Notes: generated by a model from the letters alone, not told the origin. A stretch of DNA of 64,000 nucleotides from the human T2T-CHM13v2.0 reference genome, Homo sapiens (GCF_009914755.1 NC_060935.1); one strand, 5' to 3'. Shown: positions 1 to 14,294, numbered from the stretch's first letter. Made by a program: numbers and translations.

Positions 1-154
1 TGCTGCTCTGCCTATGGAGTAGCCATTCTTTATCCCCTTACTTTGTTAATAAACTTGCTTTTACTTTACTCTTTGGACTTAGTCCAAAATCTTTTTTATG
101 TGAGTTCCAAGAACCCTCTTTTGGGTTCTGGATCAGGACTCCTTTCTGGTAACA
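1..154 (+). mobile_element. 3' end of ERV1 LTR, MER41-like (runs off window start)
   Basis: AATAAA at 48-53, then ...ccaagaaccctcttttgggttctggatcaggactcctttctggtaaca, matching my recollection of the MER41 U5 end; terminates in CA. Confidence 0.75.
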
Positions 155-207
155 CAATGTGGAAAAGAAAGTACATTTGACTCAAAGTGTCAATAATGAA
201 ATTACAA

Positions 208-515
<308 letters not shown>

Positions 516-659
516 TTATTTTTAGTTATTGTACTAGTTATCTATTTGTGCATTACAAACAAACTAAAAGCCTAGTGACTTAAATCAATAATAAATATTT
601 GTTAATTATAATATATTCTGTGAGTCAGGAATTTAAAGAGTGGCTTGACTAAGTAGTCT

Positions 660-1266
660 TGTTCCTGGACCAAACTCAGGGTCAGGTTGCTATTCTTGTG
701 GCTGAATAACAAGATGCAAATGAACTGGGAGAAAAGGGAGTTTTTATTTCTGTAACCAGTTACAGGAAAAAGGCCTGGAAATTATGGCCAGGCCAATTCA
801 AAATTGCAAAGTTCTCCAGAGCTTATATACCTTCTAAGCTCTATGTCTACATGTAAGCATGCATTCACCTAAAGACATAAGTGATTAACTTCTTTTAATC
901 CATAACTAAGGTCTGAGTCTTGAAGATCTTCCTCTGGAGCCTCAGCAAATTTACTTAATCTAAATGGGTCCAGGTGCTGAGGTGACTATCCTTATCCTGT
1001 GTCCTGCTAAATCACAGAGGTTTGGGGAGTTCCTTCAGCCCCCCAATAAAACTTGTTTAATCCTAAATGGGTCCTGTTAAGTATTCCTTCAATACTTTGT
1101 GATGATTTAAGGCCCAGGAAAGGCCTAGGCAAAACTCTTGGTGGGCTTTTGTACATTCCAGCCTTTGTATAAGGACACTGGCTCTTTCAGCTTTTAATAT
1201 TTAATTTAACCACTCAGTCAGTACTGAACAGTTGTTATGTAGGCCTGCATTAGTGAGACCTGGCCC
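660..1266 (-). mobile_element. ERV1-class solo LTR (family not confidently named) nested in MLT1F
   Basis: About 600 bp block interrupting MLT1F; reverse complement starts ggccaggtctcactaatgcaggcc and ends ...tttggtccaggaaca. Confidence 0.65.
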
Positions 1267-1570
1267 TAAGGTATCTCATGAAGTTGCAGTCATCTATTGG
1301 CCAGGGCTGAAGTTACCTAAAGACTTGACTGAGGCTGGAGAATCTATTTTCAAGGTGACTCATTCAGGGGCTTGCAAGTTAGTGTTGGTATTGGTGGGAA
1401 GTTGTAGCTACCTTCCACAAAGGCCTCTCCACAGGACTACTTGAGCATCCTCATGGAATGGCAGTAGCTTCTCCCAGAGCAGATGCAAGAGAGCCAGAGG
1501 AAGTTGCAATGCCTTTATGACCTAGTCTTGTGACTCACACATTGCCTCCTCCATCATACGTCATTGGTTA

Positions 1571-2145
1571 TAAAGAAAATAAAAATGTCTTACGCCAAAA
1601 TATATTTCTTTGACATGTTTTAAGATGGCTGTCACAGAGTCAGCAAACAGAAGTAACTTGCAAAGCTGTTTTTGTTGGGGAGATTTGCATGTGAAGAGAA
1701 TCTGCATTGATGCATCCAGGCCTCCCCTTGTCCAGATCTAGAAAAAAATAACTGTGAATCTGATACCTTTATAGGTCTGAAAGGAACATTTGTCATCTAT
1801 TCTCTCTGAGGGTTGCTACCTGTGAGGTTTAATCTACATAACAAGATCACCTTTGCTAGCCAAGCCTCCTCTTCTCTACCTCTCATGATCTGTTTTGCCA
1901 CCAACAGCTGATTTACCACCATAACCTGATTTTGACCATGCTTTAAGCCCCCATTCTTTCTGTAACCTCAAGTTGGTATATAATCTTCTGCACCCCATTA
2001 GGGATAGGATAATCACTCTGTGATCCTTCTCGTGCACACATTAATATATTTTGTATGCATTTTCTCAATTTAATTTGCCTTTTATGATTTGATTTTTCAG
2101 TGAATCTTCAGAGAGCAAAGGGGAAGTTTTTCCTTGGCTCCTACA
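1571..2145 (+). mobile_element. MER34/MER39-group ERV1 solo LTR nested in MLT1F
   Basis: ccaaaatatatttctttgacatg...gaatctgcattgatgca...gggaagtttttccttggctcctaca; 4-bp TSD gtta/gtca. Confidence 0.75.
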
Positions 2146-2920
2146 GTCACATAGACCAGCTATCATTCATTTTGGGAGAGGACTATACAAGGACATAAAT
2201 ACCAGGAGGCAAATATCATGGAGGCCACTTTGGAAACTGACTACTAGTTAGTGACTGAATTTCATTAATGTTCAGCAGTGGAGTTCTTTTATATAGCCAT
2301 CCAATGGGCCATGTAGGCTACACTAGTAGAGTGTTTCTATGGATGGGAGAAAAGTACAAAGAAACACTCAAGGATTTTGTTCAAATTACATGTAACATCT
2401 CTCCTCATTTCACATGCCAAGGGTCCGGTGTGTTCTCTATGAATGTGGGCTCCAAGGTTTTTGGAATTATGACCCTATTGAAATGACAATTAATTAAAAA
2501 ATATAAGGGGTTGTATTCCTGAAGCCAGTAGAAAAACTTACTTCACTAAAGTAAGCCCTCAGGTGTCTTGCATTTCACAGACTCAGACCCAAGCCACTTA
2601 TCCTGACTTATTCCACATAATCCATCACAAGCGGTTTCCAACTCCACTCAACCTCAATCTCTCTTTGACATTGTTTTTGTATGACCTTGGCACCCTCCTT
2701 AACCAGACATCAAGGTATCCGTCTAGTTTCCTCTACCCACACATCCTCAAGAACTATTTATATGGTTGACCCTGTGAAATATGGAGGCCAAGCAGTGCTG
2801 CTTCTGTGCTTTTATGAAATTATGTAGTACTGAATGCAGAAAATGTACACCCACTCTCTCTTTGGGGCAGGACACCGTTTGGACATGGCGAGAATGACAG
2901 GGGGAACAGTGTTTCTTTAG

Positions 2921-3189
<269 letters not shown>

Positions 3190-3653
3190 TGATACTGGTA
3201 ATTCTAGGAGTACTAGGAGACCAGATAGATAGCAGGGATTTTTGTGGAAATGGTCAGAGGTAGAGAAGTCAGTGAGATTCTTTGACAGACCTACATGAAC
3301 AAGGAAATTGATAAGAAAATTTATTGGAAGAGAAAAAGAAGTAGAAGGAATTATTTACTAAATATAAATGGTATACTTATGTATGCATGTGAAAAGTCCC
3401 CTAGGGGATCCCTGAAATAACTGAGAGACAATTTGAGGAAATCTGGAAGTCCCATAAGAGCAAGTCAAAGCAAGCATCATTAAATTAAATTTTACTGTTA
3501 GGGCATTAAAATGTCCTTACTGCATTTCAAGTATTGTGCTATGCTCTAATTACACCTTCTAAAGATAAGACTAGTCCTAAAATCTAGGGTTGGGTACAAA
3601 TATAGCTGGAAGTTAAGCAGTTCTAGCTGTGATGAGAGAAAAACAATAGAGCA

Positions 3654-3868
3654 GGACTGTCCAATGGAACTTTCTGCAATGATGGAAATGTTTCATACCT
3701 GCACAATCTAATATGAGAGCCACTAGGTGCATGTGGTTCAAGAGTACTTGTAATGTGATTAGTGCAGCTGAGGTACTACATTTTTTGTTTTATTTCATTT
3801 GTTTAAGTTGAACACAGTTTCACAGAAGCCACATGTGGCTACTGGCTACAGGATTCTACAGTGCAGCT
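3654..3868 (+). mobile_element. MER3 (hAT-Charlie MITE)
   Basis: ctgtccaatggaactttctgcaatgatggaaatgtt...agccacatgtggctactggctac...acagtgcag. Confidence 0.8.
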
Positions 3869-3911
3869 ATAGAGACTTGGAGGCAAATAAGCCTGATAGT
3901 ACCTAAAGACA

Positions 3912-4002
3912 GCACCATTGTCACCACCACCACCATTGTCAATGTAAGCATCATTGCAGTCATGATCATCACCATAATCATCATCATTATCATCACTGCC
4001 AC
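3912..4002. repeat. Imperfect (CAC)n/(CAT)n trinucleotide tract
   Basis: Directly visible. Confidence 0.8.
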
Positions 4003-4074
4003 ATTAGCTCTTACAAATATCTTCTCACTGGAAAGCTGCAGTAATTAATTTCTTTAATCACCTGTCTGCTTTCA

Positions 4075-4746
4075 TTCATGTTCCCTTCCAACGTACTACA
4101 ACCAGAATGACCTTGATAAAAGCAAATGTAATTATACTACTGTTCTGCTTAAAATCTTGGAATGGCCCTGCATTAATTCAGCATAAAGTACAACCCCCTT
4201 AGCAAGGCTCATATGCTCCTTTTCCTACTCCTTATCCAGTTTCACAGGATTTTGATCCTTGCCTATTTCCCTGGCCTTATCTCTAGTTATTTTTTCATAT
4301 ATTCTATATTTCAGGGATACAAAATTTATTTACTTACTTAACTATACCATGCAGTGTTTTGTTTTTGTTTTTAACCTCCAGGTTTGTGTATCTTTTATTC
4401 CCTCTTTCTATAAGATTTTCCTCCCTTTTCTTTTTTGGGCACATCTTAGCCCTCTACAGGTCTCTGCTTAAAAGGCACATCTTTCATGAAGCTTTACCTG
4501 AATCCCTTCGGTGAGGGAGGTGAGGTATTACAGCTATGCTCTCCTAAAGTACCTGGATTAAGCTTATTATAAAACATACCAGGCTTTATTGAAACTACTT
4601 ACTTAATGTCAATTGTTCTTGTTATACTGTGAGCTTCATGAGAGCCCTGCATTTGTCTATCATTTTAAATCAATGTGTACTTTAACTAGACCTCGGCCAG
4701 GTACAAAACAAGTATTTAATAAATGCTGGCTAAACAGATAAATGAA
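4075..4746 (+). mobile_element. L2 3' region relic
   Basis: ctgcttaaaatcttggaatggc; tactgtgagcttcatgagag; ends tatttaataaatgctggctaaacagataaatgaa, a typical L2 tail. Confidence 0.6.
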
Positions 4747-5324
4747 GAAATTTATACATCGGCCCTAATTTCCCTACCGTCACTACCACCTCCTGCCATC
4801 TCTAGAGAGTAGTACCACAGGCTCTAGTCCTGTTCTTACTTCCTTTTATTTTAAATCTTTCTGCTTTCTAGGTTCATCTGATTAACAAATTCTTGCTGCT
4901 CTTGGTTACTAATGGCAATAAATTACATTATAAAGAAGAATACATCTAAGCAATGTCATAATGAAGATTTATTGATTCAATGGGAAAGTTATTCTAAATG
5001 GAAATTTCTTACAATTGACAAGTGGTTGGGGAAGAAAGCTTAGGACAAGAGGCCCTCTCATTTTCATTCTCTAAGTCATTGCCTGCCTTGTAAATGATCA
5101 CCTGCTCTGCTTATACATATAAATTTGGCCTTAGATTTTTTTGTTCCTGAACACATGTTGAAAATGGGGATTAAGTATACTTTAAGGATACTTAGAACTA
5201 GAAACACCAATTAAATTGGAAGAGGGTGATAGTTCAGCATAATGAAGCAGTGTTGAGGCATTTCAAATGAAAGAATTAGAAACAATACACACTCGGAAAA
5301 TGTAGAGTCAGAGGAGGAAAATAT

Positions 5325-5515
5325 CTGTTCCTGGCCAGACTTTATATGTGAAGTTTTTCATATATTAACTTATTGAATATTCATAACTGATAATATCTTG
5401 TTCCATTTTACAGCCAGAAAAACTGATGCTCACAGATGTTGAACACTAAGATGACATAGTGAGTAAAGAATTCACAACTCCATGTATATACCAATGCTCA
5501 CATCATTAAACTACG
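5325..5515 (-). mobile_element. MIR
   Basis: Core ccattttacagccagaaaaactgatgctcacagatgtt. Confidence 0.6.
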
Positions 5516-5924
5516 CTTTCTTTCAACAGAAAAAAAATATCAACTCAAGAGTTTAGGGGAAGAATGGCCACTGTAATAAAAAGTCTAGAGAGTGTTCTCT
5601 GAGCTGGATGAAAGGGAACAATTAGGAACAGAAGAAAACAAAATGGCTCATGTGAGGACATGACACTTAGTGAGAGAAATGAAAAAACCAGTTTGATTCT
5701 TTCATGTGAAGACCTTCCTTTTGCATAGAAGAGACAAATGGCCACTCACTAATGAGATCTTATGGTATACAAAGCCCCTCTCTTTAACCTGCCTCATTGC
5801 CTGGGATTTGCTCTATCAGAGTCACTCCTGCGGCAAGAAACAGTCCTATTAAAATATAGGACCCATATTATATATACTCAGTCTATAATGGCAACATGAC
5901 AATCTTTGTCTAATACTGCCCTAA

Positions 5925-7005
5925 GTAAATACCTGTTGTTTTTGCCTGTCACAATTCTCTCCCCACTTTTGGTAATAGTATATCAAATTTTCATGGGGAA
6001 ACCATCCCTTTTTCATTTTCAGCCTACATAATTACAGCAGGACTGACTTACTTTTTGCTTCTAGATGTGTGATAACTAATTGGTAATCATTAGAGAACCT
6101 AGTCCTCTGAGTGGTGAAGAAATGGGCATATCAGTGAGAATTCTATCCAGGACTTTGCTGCAATAGCTGGGAAAGTGTTGTTCTCCTTCCACCAGTTTCT
6201 AAGCATGTGTGTGTTGTAAGCTTGAACCTGTTTGTGGTTAGTTCTGTTACTATATCTTTGGTGCTATGTTAGTCAGGGTTCTCTAGGGGAACAGAATTGA
6301 TAGCATAGATGTGTATACGAAGGAAAGCTTATTAAGGAGTATTGACTCACAAGATCACAAGGTGAAGTCCCACAATAGGCCATCTGCAAACGGAAGAGCA
6401 AGGAAGCCAGTCCGAGTCCCAAGACCTCAAAAGTAGGGGAGCTGACAGTGCAGCCTTCAGTCTCTGGCCAAAGGCCTGGGAGCCCCTGGCAGATCACTGG
6501 TGTAAGTCCAAGAGTCCAAAAGCTGAAGAACTTGGAGTCTGATGTTTGAGGGCAGGAAGCATTCAGCAAGGGAGAAAGATGATGACCGGAAGACTCACCA
6601 AGTCTAGTCCTTTCAACTTCTGCCTGCTTTATTCTAGCCATGCTGGCAGCTGATTAGATGGTGCCCACCCAGATTGAGGGTGGGTCTGCCTCTCCCAGTC
6701 CACTTACTCAACTGTTAATCTCCTTTGGCATCACCCTCACAAACACACCCAGGAACAATACTTTGCATCCTTCAGTTCAATCAAGTTGACACAATATTAA
6801 CCATCATGAGTGTGAACCTAAGAAGTGGGTCAATACCAAGAAGAGCAAAGTTGAGAAGTGGAGAGAAACAGATATTTAATGATAACAAAATGTGAATATG
6901 TCTTCAGATGTGTGATCTGATGTCTACCTACTTGACTAGGATTTTTGTCCTTATACAGTTTTAATTGAGTTTGATCACTAGTAAACAATAGTCCTAACTA
7001 ATTCA
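5925..7005 (+). mobile_element. LTR33-like ERVL solo LTR, split by MLT2A2
   Basis: tttgcctg...ttttggtaatag...ggggaaaccatccc; ggactttgctgcaatagctgggaaag; resumes after 6808 and ends gtcctaactaattca. Confidence 0.55.
6265..6808 (-). mobile_element. MLT2A2 (HERV-L) solo LTR
   Basis: ttagtcagggttctctag...gaagtcccacaataggccatctgcaa...caatcaagttgacac...attaaccatca; includes the central segment that distinguishes A2 from A1. Confidence 0.85.
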
Positions 7006-7379
7006 GCAGCTGTTATTATAAATTAAGTCTGAGGCGTCACTGATTATTAAACTTGGAAACTTACATAAACTCAGGTTTGCATTGTCTTTTATGAGTACTT
7101 TTCTAGATCAAAGTTGCACATTTTCTCCTCTGCAAATTTTACTAGACCAAGCATAATACAACTCTTATGTGTTGGCTGTTAATCTGTCACTGACATATCT
7201 GAGTAGCTATTCAGATTCATGCCTGATGAGATTGAGATATAAGATGGAGCATTTTGCATGAAGAGTGCAGAGACTAGGAAAAAGTAACAGCCAGAATAAA
7301 GCAGGTACCAAAATGTGACTGCAAGCCCATAAGTAAAAAATTCTATTATTAGGAAAAAATATTTCTAGAGAACCTAAAA

Positions 7380-7586
7380 CGAAAAGAGCTTTTCCACATG
7401 TTTGACTTTGTTTCATCCTCACAATTCGTGAAGTAGTTATTTTACCCAACTTGCTAAAATTTGTAGAGATGAGGAAGCTGAGGCAAAGAAAAGAGCAACC
7501 TGCCTATCAATACAATGGCAAAGAATACAGCATAGGTATGAACCCAGAGAATCTAGAGCCATAGACCTGTTCCACTAACCACTGCT
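7380..7586 (-). mobile_element. MIR
   Basis: catcctcacaa...gatgaggaagctgaggc...tgaacccag. Confidence 0.6.
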
Positions 7587-8032
7587 TTAGTGGTCCTCAA
7601 AGTGCCATCTCCTGAGTGCTCTTGAGATCTTTCCATGAGATCCATCAGGCCAACATTATTTTCCTAATAACACTAAGGCATGATTTGCCTTTTTCATAGC
7701 AACATTTACACTCATGAGGCAAAATATTTGTGGATAAACTGCTGGTGCCATTGCAAAGATGAATGCAGTGGCATCGAACTGTACTGGTAGTCATTGTGTT
7801 CTTCACACACTCAGAAAACAATAAAACTCTTAATGCCAAGGACGTCAACGTTATACTTGATAAAGCAGTAAAATTATTCATCATATTAACTTCTCAACAC
7901 TTGCATGTATGTCTTTTCAGTATTCTGTGTATGATGAAATGACAAGTACACATAAGCCCTTTATATTGCTTGTAAACTATGATGGTTGTCTGAAGGAAAA
8001 GCACAGGTGTGCTTACTTGAATTGAGAGATGA

Positions 8033-8341
<309 letters not shown>

Positions 8342-8575
8342 ATTTTTTTTTTTAAATAGAACAAAGAATGAGAGACAAATTAGGGTTACTCACACTTGGA
8401 TATTTTGTAGATAATTTCTCAAAAATGAATGAAGTGAGCCTGTCACTACAAAGTCAAAAAGATGACAATATTTATTGCCATTCATAAAACTTGAGCTTTT
8501 AAGCAAAAACTAGAATTTTTGAAAACTTATATTTAGCACTGTGCACTTAATAACTTCCTAATAAAGACTCTTCTC

Positions 8576-8944
<369 letters not shown>

Positions 8945-9524
8945 TCAGTTAACCAGTGTTTTTTAAGTGATCGATCTATATTACAAAATTGCTCACAAGT
9001 AAATGATTCAAAGTGCTAAACCATGGGTTATAATGTAAGTGCAAGAAGTTCATAATTATGGTTTCAGAGTCCACTTTGCAACTAACCTTTAAGAAATTAC
9101 TAATTGTCAAAATTTTCAGTGCAGTATCAAAAAGAATATATGAAATATTTTGACTATTCTTAATGTTCAACCAAAATTATCACAACAAATTGAATTCAGA
9201 AGCATATATACTAAGCCAACTATTAAAGAGATTTATAAAAAGTAAGACAATGGCACTCATCACACTAATTGCTTTTGTATGTTTTGAAAAAGAGTTATTT
9301 TTATTAAAAACATTATTTTAACGTGTAATTTTATTATTAATATTTTTAAATTATTTAATGAACATATATTTTAAATTTCTCACTTTTAATTATTAAGATA
9401 GTAAATATCAATCATAAAAATTACATAAATACAAGCTCTTGGGGTTCCTTAATAACTTTTAAGAGTATAAAGGGATGCAGAGACCAAAAATGTTTGAGAA
9501 TCATGGCAATATTCTGCTTCTCAA

Positions 9525-9850
9525 ACATAAAACAAATGTAGTATGGTTCTTCCTTCAAGTAACTTGCCTTTTAGAGGAAAGGGGAAACTAAAAAATAAGT
9601 AAACAAAATACATACAGTTGGAGAAAAATGCTTTGAAATAAATGACTCCAGGACTGTGATGATAATAATTAGAGGGAGAATAGGAAGTGGGCTAATTTTT
9701 CACTGGACTGTTCAGAGAAGGCCTCCTTAGGGAGGTGACAGTTAAGCTGAGATGAGAAGATTAAGAAGGTGTCAGCAATGCAGCAAGCTAAGGGAACAGT
9801 CACAGGGGATGGCAATGTAAAGAGGCCGAGGCAGTGTAAAAAGCTTACAC
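9525..9850 (-). mobile_element. L2 relic
   Basis: cagagaaggcctccttagggaggtgacagttaagctgaga. Confidence 0.6.
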
Positions 9851-10259
9851 TAGAATCCAGAATTGTATCATCCCAAAGCCCATGCTGCACTCTCCTTCTC
9901 ACAAACCTCAACAGATTTCTCTTAGGCCAGTTGTGCTCTGGCCCTTGGAATAATCCACCTGGAAAACAGAGTGGAGACTGTTTTGAATCTTCCTGAGTGA
10001 TGGCTTTACATTCAGTTAGTTGGCAGGTTAATCCAGAGTTTGCAAACAGCCTTCCGTTGCTCTAAGGAGTGGAACTCTCAGGAGCAATGCTTGTCAGCAG
10101 TGCCAGGAAACTGCTGCTGTTGCAAGAAATAGGAAAAAGAGTGGAATTTAATTTTACTGAAAGAAGATTTAAAGGGTACCTATAAATTGTGTAGCTAGTT
10201 TTCTATATCTTGGCCCCAGTCTGGAATTTTTCAAAGTAAATTATTTGAGCCAATTTCAC

Positions 10260-10750
10260 TGTGGTTGCAAATATTACGTCGTGCGCTGTGATCTCTGAAG
10301 CATGTGCCTTTTGCTGAGCTAGCGTTCTGTAAAACTGCTGTGAGCTACTGAAGACAGTGGTAGTTCTCACTGAAAGGGTTCTCTTATTCTCCACTCCCCA
10401 AGACGCTCGTGAAGGGCTCAGAGGCAAAAAATGAAATGACATCTGTGTAGTAAATGTGAAAAACTATAAGCATGATTTCACAGAATTATGGAATTTCTTT
10501 TTATTTCCAAAAGTTGGATGGTAATACCTACATCACCTCCTGTCTGGAGTGAGCTTTTACAAAGAAGTAATTGGGCAAACTTTAAAGGAGTACATGTGTC
10601 AGTATCACAGTGCAGACGTTCATGTGGAAGCACTAGCTCAGATGCAGAGGGAGAGCATGAAGGAGAAGCTACATGCTGGGTTCGCATGACACAAATCAGC
10701 TGGGTGACTAAGATAATTAAGCAACCCACGATTTGATTCATAAGTCACAT
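10260..10750. promoter_or_regulatory. Candidate enhancer (unique sequence, CpG retention, E-box/GATA composite)
   Basis: Six CpGs in 10277-10409; CAGCTG-N9-GATA at 10697-10716. Function is inferred only. Confidence 0.35.
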
Positions 10751-11784
10751 CTCTGATTTATAGCCTTGCAGTCGAAAGAGCCTGTGTTCATGGCTAGATA
10801 TCATAGGGGGAACCATAGATACTTTCCCTGCACATAGATGATGAGGCAGTTTATCTTAGGCTTCCTTTCATTCTTCTCTATTGGGAAACTATACTTTCAT
10901 TCTTCTCTATGTTACCCTCTCCTTCACAAAAGGAAATTTACTCTCAGAGTTTTAGTTATTGCCCCTGTGGTGATGACTCAAATATTTATGTCCAATCCTG
11001 GCCTTCCTGGAAGTTAATATTCTTCATGTTTGTCTGTTGGATGTTTCACTGTATAGGCACGTATCCAAAATCCAACCACACATTTAAAATCAGGTCCTTG
11101 ACACGACTCTCACTGTTGATGTCATCTCCTGTCTTCTCATTTTTGCACCTGGCTGCTTTTCTTTTCCGGTTTTGGGAGTCAAAATTGGGAAGTTACTGGT
11201 GGTTTGTATGCTTCATTGCTTACGTGAAACCCACCAGTACCACATGTCAGCCTTGAGCTAGGAGTGCCTAGAGGTTGTATGCTTAAACTGAAGCATGCTA
11301 AGAGTATACTGAAGTAGTAGCCTGGATTCCACAGGGCTTGATTCTCTGTCCTAGGACAGTAAAGTTGTAAGAGAGCAAAACCAAGGTGAGATTCCTCAGA
11401 TGAAATCACCTTAATGGAAGCAACCTAAGGAGGAGAAAATTTATGAATTTCAATTGGCTGAAATCCCTGAAATAGGCCTGGGGTTTGTTTTTTCTTTTGA
11501 ACAGCCCTTCAACTCTTCTTTCAGTTCTGTGATGATTTCTCCAATTAATTTCTCCTTTCGAAGAGGTTGAATAAGGAAGGGTGAGGGAGCTGAAATTAAC
11601 CTGGAGGTTTTTGCTTTTATTTTTGTTTTTTGTTTTTCTTATTTGCAACCAGAAGAACCAAACAAATACATAGGACAACTTACAAATCTGAGCTACATAA
11701 AAATCCAATAAATTTATTAGATAAAACAGATAAGTGGTGCTGCTCTAATTAAAGTGAGTGTGAGGGACTTCTGTAAGCCCAGTG

Positions 11785-11868
11785 CTCTCTCTCTGTCTCT
11801 TTCTTCCTCTCTGTCTCTTTCTTCCTCTCTGTCTCTCTCTCACACACACACACGCTCCCTCTCTCTCC
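11785..11868. repeat. (TC)n/(CA)n compound microsatellite with an 18-bp unit (ctctctgtctctttcttc) repeated
   Basis: Directly visible. Confidence 0.85.
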
Positions 11869-12491
11869 CATGCTCTGAGGTAACCTCCAAGGCATAAATC
11901 TTGGCACTCTGAAGTGTGCCATTGAAAAATAATTTTTCTGTATCCATTCACAAGTCATGTCAGCTGTTTCTTTAAAATATATTTCATTTTCCTTCCCAAC
12001 CCACATGCTGTCCCCACCACTGCTAGAGTCTTAATTTGTATCATCTCACACATAACTTTTATTAATATATTCTAGCTGTTTTCTCTGTTTAACATTATTA
12101 CCTATTTTAAGACATCCTATAAATATGATTATCCATGGCTATCTATTTATCTAAAACCTACAATGGCTTCCTTCCGTTGAGTGAACTCCAAGCCCCTGCA
12201 TAAACTGAGTAACTGTTAGCTGAGACAACTCTGGTTTTAATTACATCCCCAAATGCATCATTCAGTGCAAGCAGTCTAGGATTCTTATAAAATAAGCACA
12301 ATCATTCCTTCTGCTACGTCTTTATTCAGGCCTTTTCTCCCTTAGAGAATGTAATCCCTTCCCTAGACCAATTGATTCTTTAATGTCCAGGTCAAGTTTC
12401 ACCCATTTTCTTCCCCATTCTAAAACGGCTTTTATAGTCTATTGCACAAAATTTAGTATATTATAAGCAACTATCTCATGCTGTTGCCTAA

Positions 12492-12822
<331 letters not shown>

Positions 12823-13762
12823 TCTAGTGGTATCTTTGATAGCCTGTGAGACATACTAGATTAAGCTTCTAAATTGTGTGCATCTTAGACCAAGAAAAGT
12901 GTATTTACACATATCTGAGGCTGACGGTGATTGCCTACCCGGTTTGTATTTTTATGAAAAATCAAGGTTAATTCTAAAAAAAAAAAAATCAATCTATTAA
13001 GGATAATTCTAAAGAAATCCATCTAGAAAAATAAGCACCTAAACTGTTACAAAGCCAGTCAGTTATAGAGAAATTAATGTCAGTGCAATAGTGGTGGAGC
13101 AACTCATATTATCCACTTATTCAATGCTTTTCTCCAGAAACTAGTGCCAAAGTTTGAGTGGAAACAGTGGTTGAAAATAAAAGTGATTCAGCTAAAATTT
13201 TGACTGAGACCTTGAAAGCAATGTTTTATAATCTGTAGAAGACAGGGGAATATAAAGCATAAACATAAGAAAGGAGGACGAGGACATTGTGAATGCACAC
13301 AAGGGGAGTTCATAAACTTGATAAACTCACATCAGGAAAAGATGAGAAACCGATAAAACATAAGGGGTAAGAATATCAGAGCCTCCTTGACAACCAGAAG
13401 ATCATGACTCAATATGTCCGAGTAAAGTAAAAATGTCTAGTACCATACCATGACAGTGGAAATGGTTACATTCCCCACATTCACTGCATTTGCTGAAGGA
13501 AATGGTAAAAATTCCTATGTTAGCTAAAAGGAATGAATTCACAAGCACTGGAGTTACTCTAAGGGGACTTCATAAACTAGCTGGAAAGGGGCAAAACCTA
13601 AAGAGCACTCAAATTACCATGATTCTCATAATTGTGCTTGTGAGAATAGAATTAGAAAAATTCAACTTTGCTATTATGTTGGTGAATTGATTTAATCCAT
13701 GAGCCAAAAAGCCTGGAAACACAAAAGTGAGGTTTACCTAGAGTCATTATATGCCCCAGTTG

Positions 13763-13827
13763 CAAAGAATAACACTAGAATGTATGCACTTCCTACAACA
13801 AAGAATAACACTAGTATGTATGCACTT
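13763..13827. repeat. 29-bp direct duplication (28/29 identical, 7-bp spacer)
   Basis: caaagaataacactag(a/t)atgtatgcactt at 13763-13791 and 13799-13827. Confidence 0.9.
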
Positions 13828-14294
13828 AAAAGTGCCCCAGTATGGAAAAAAAATAGTCACCCCACTATTTGTAGAGTTTTTCCATACTATAATTTTTATC
13901 TCTTGAGATAAGAGATATGCAACTCTGACCTGGCTAAAGACCTCAAACTGACAGGGCCTGGAGGTGAGCTTCAACTTCAGCGCTTTTGACTAACCAAAGC
14001 TTAAGATTAGAAGGGAGGGAAGAAGGAAAAAAAAACATGGAGATTGATGCTAAATTTATCTTGGGCTGATATAACATTCTTTTCAACCTCTGACTGGATG
14101 CAAAGTTCTTCAGAACTTCTTTTGCTTTCTTTGTACTTTCAAAGTAATTTTCTCTCATTTGTACATTGTTTTGTTTTATTTTTCACCTTCAAATAAGTAA
14201 GGTGAGGTGACATGGTTAGGGAAGGATAAACAATCAGGCTTGCTCCTAGTTTCCCTAACAGAATCCCTTATATTGTCACAGCTAAAATGTGCTA

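Larger units (their letters stand above)
531..2245 (-). mobile_element. MLT1F-like MaLR solo LTR in three pieces (about 531-659, 1267-1570, 2146-2245)
   Basis: Collinear MLT1F-type segments (tctcatgaagttgcagtc; ttttatgacctag; aataccaggaggc...gaggccactttgg) resume after each inserted LTR. Confidence 0.7.

Noticed and set aside
3833-4048. Hydrophobic 71-aa ORF resembling a membrane peptide
   Set aside because: Poly-Ile/Thr arises from the (CAT)n/(CAC)n repeat, and the start lies in MER3.
6273-6641. 122-aa ORF
   Set aside because: Lies wholly within the MLT2A2 LTR.
13763-13827. Repeat-spacer-repeat resembling a CRISPR unit
   Set aside because: Two copies only, 7-bp spacer, eukaryotic context, no cas genes.
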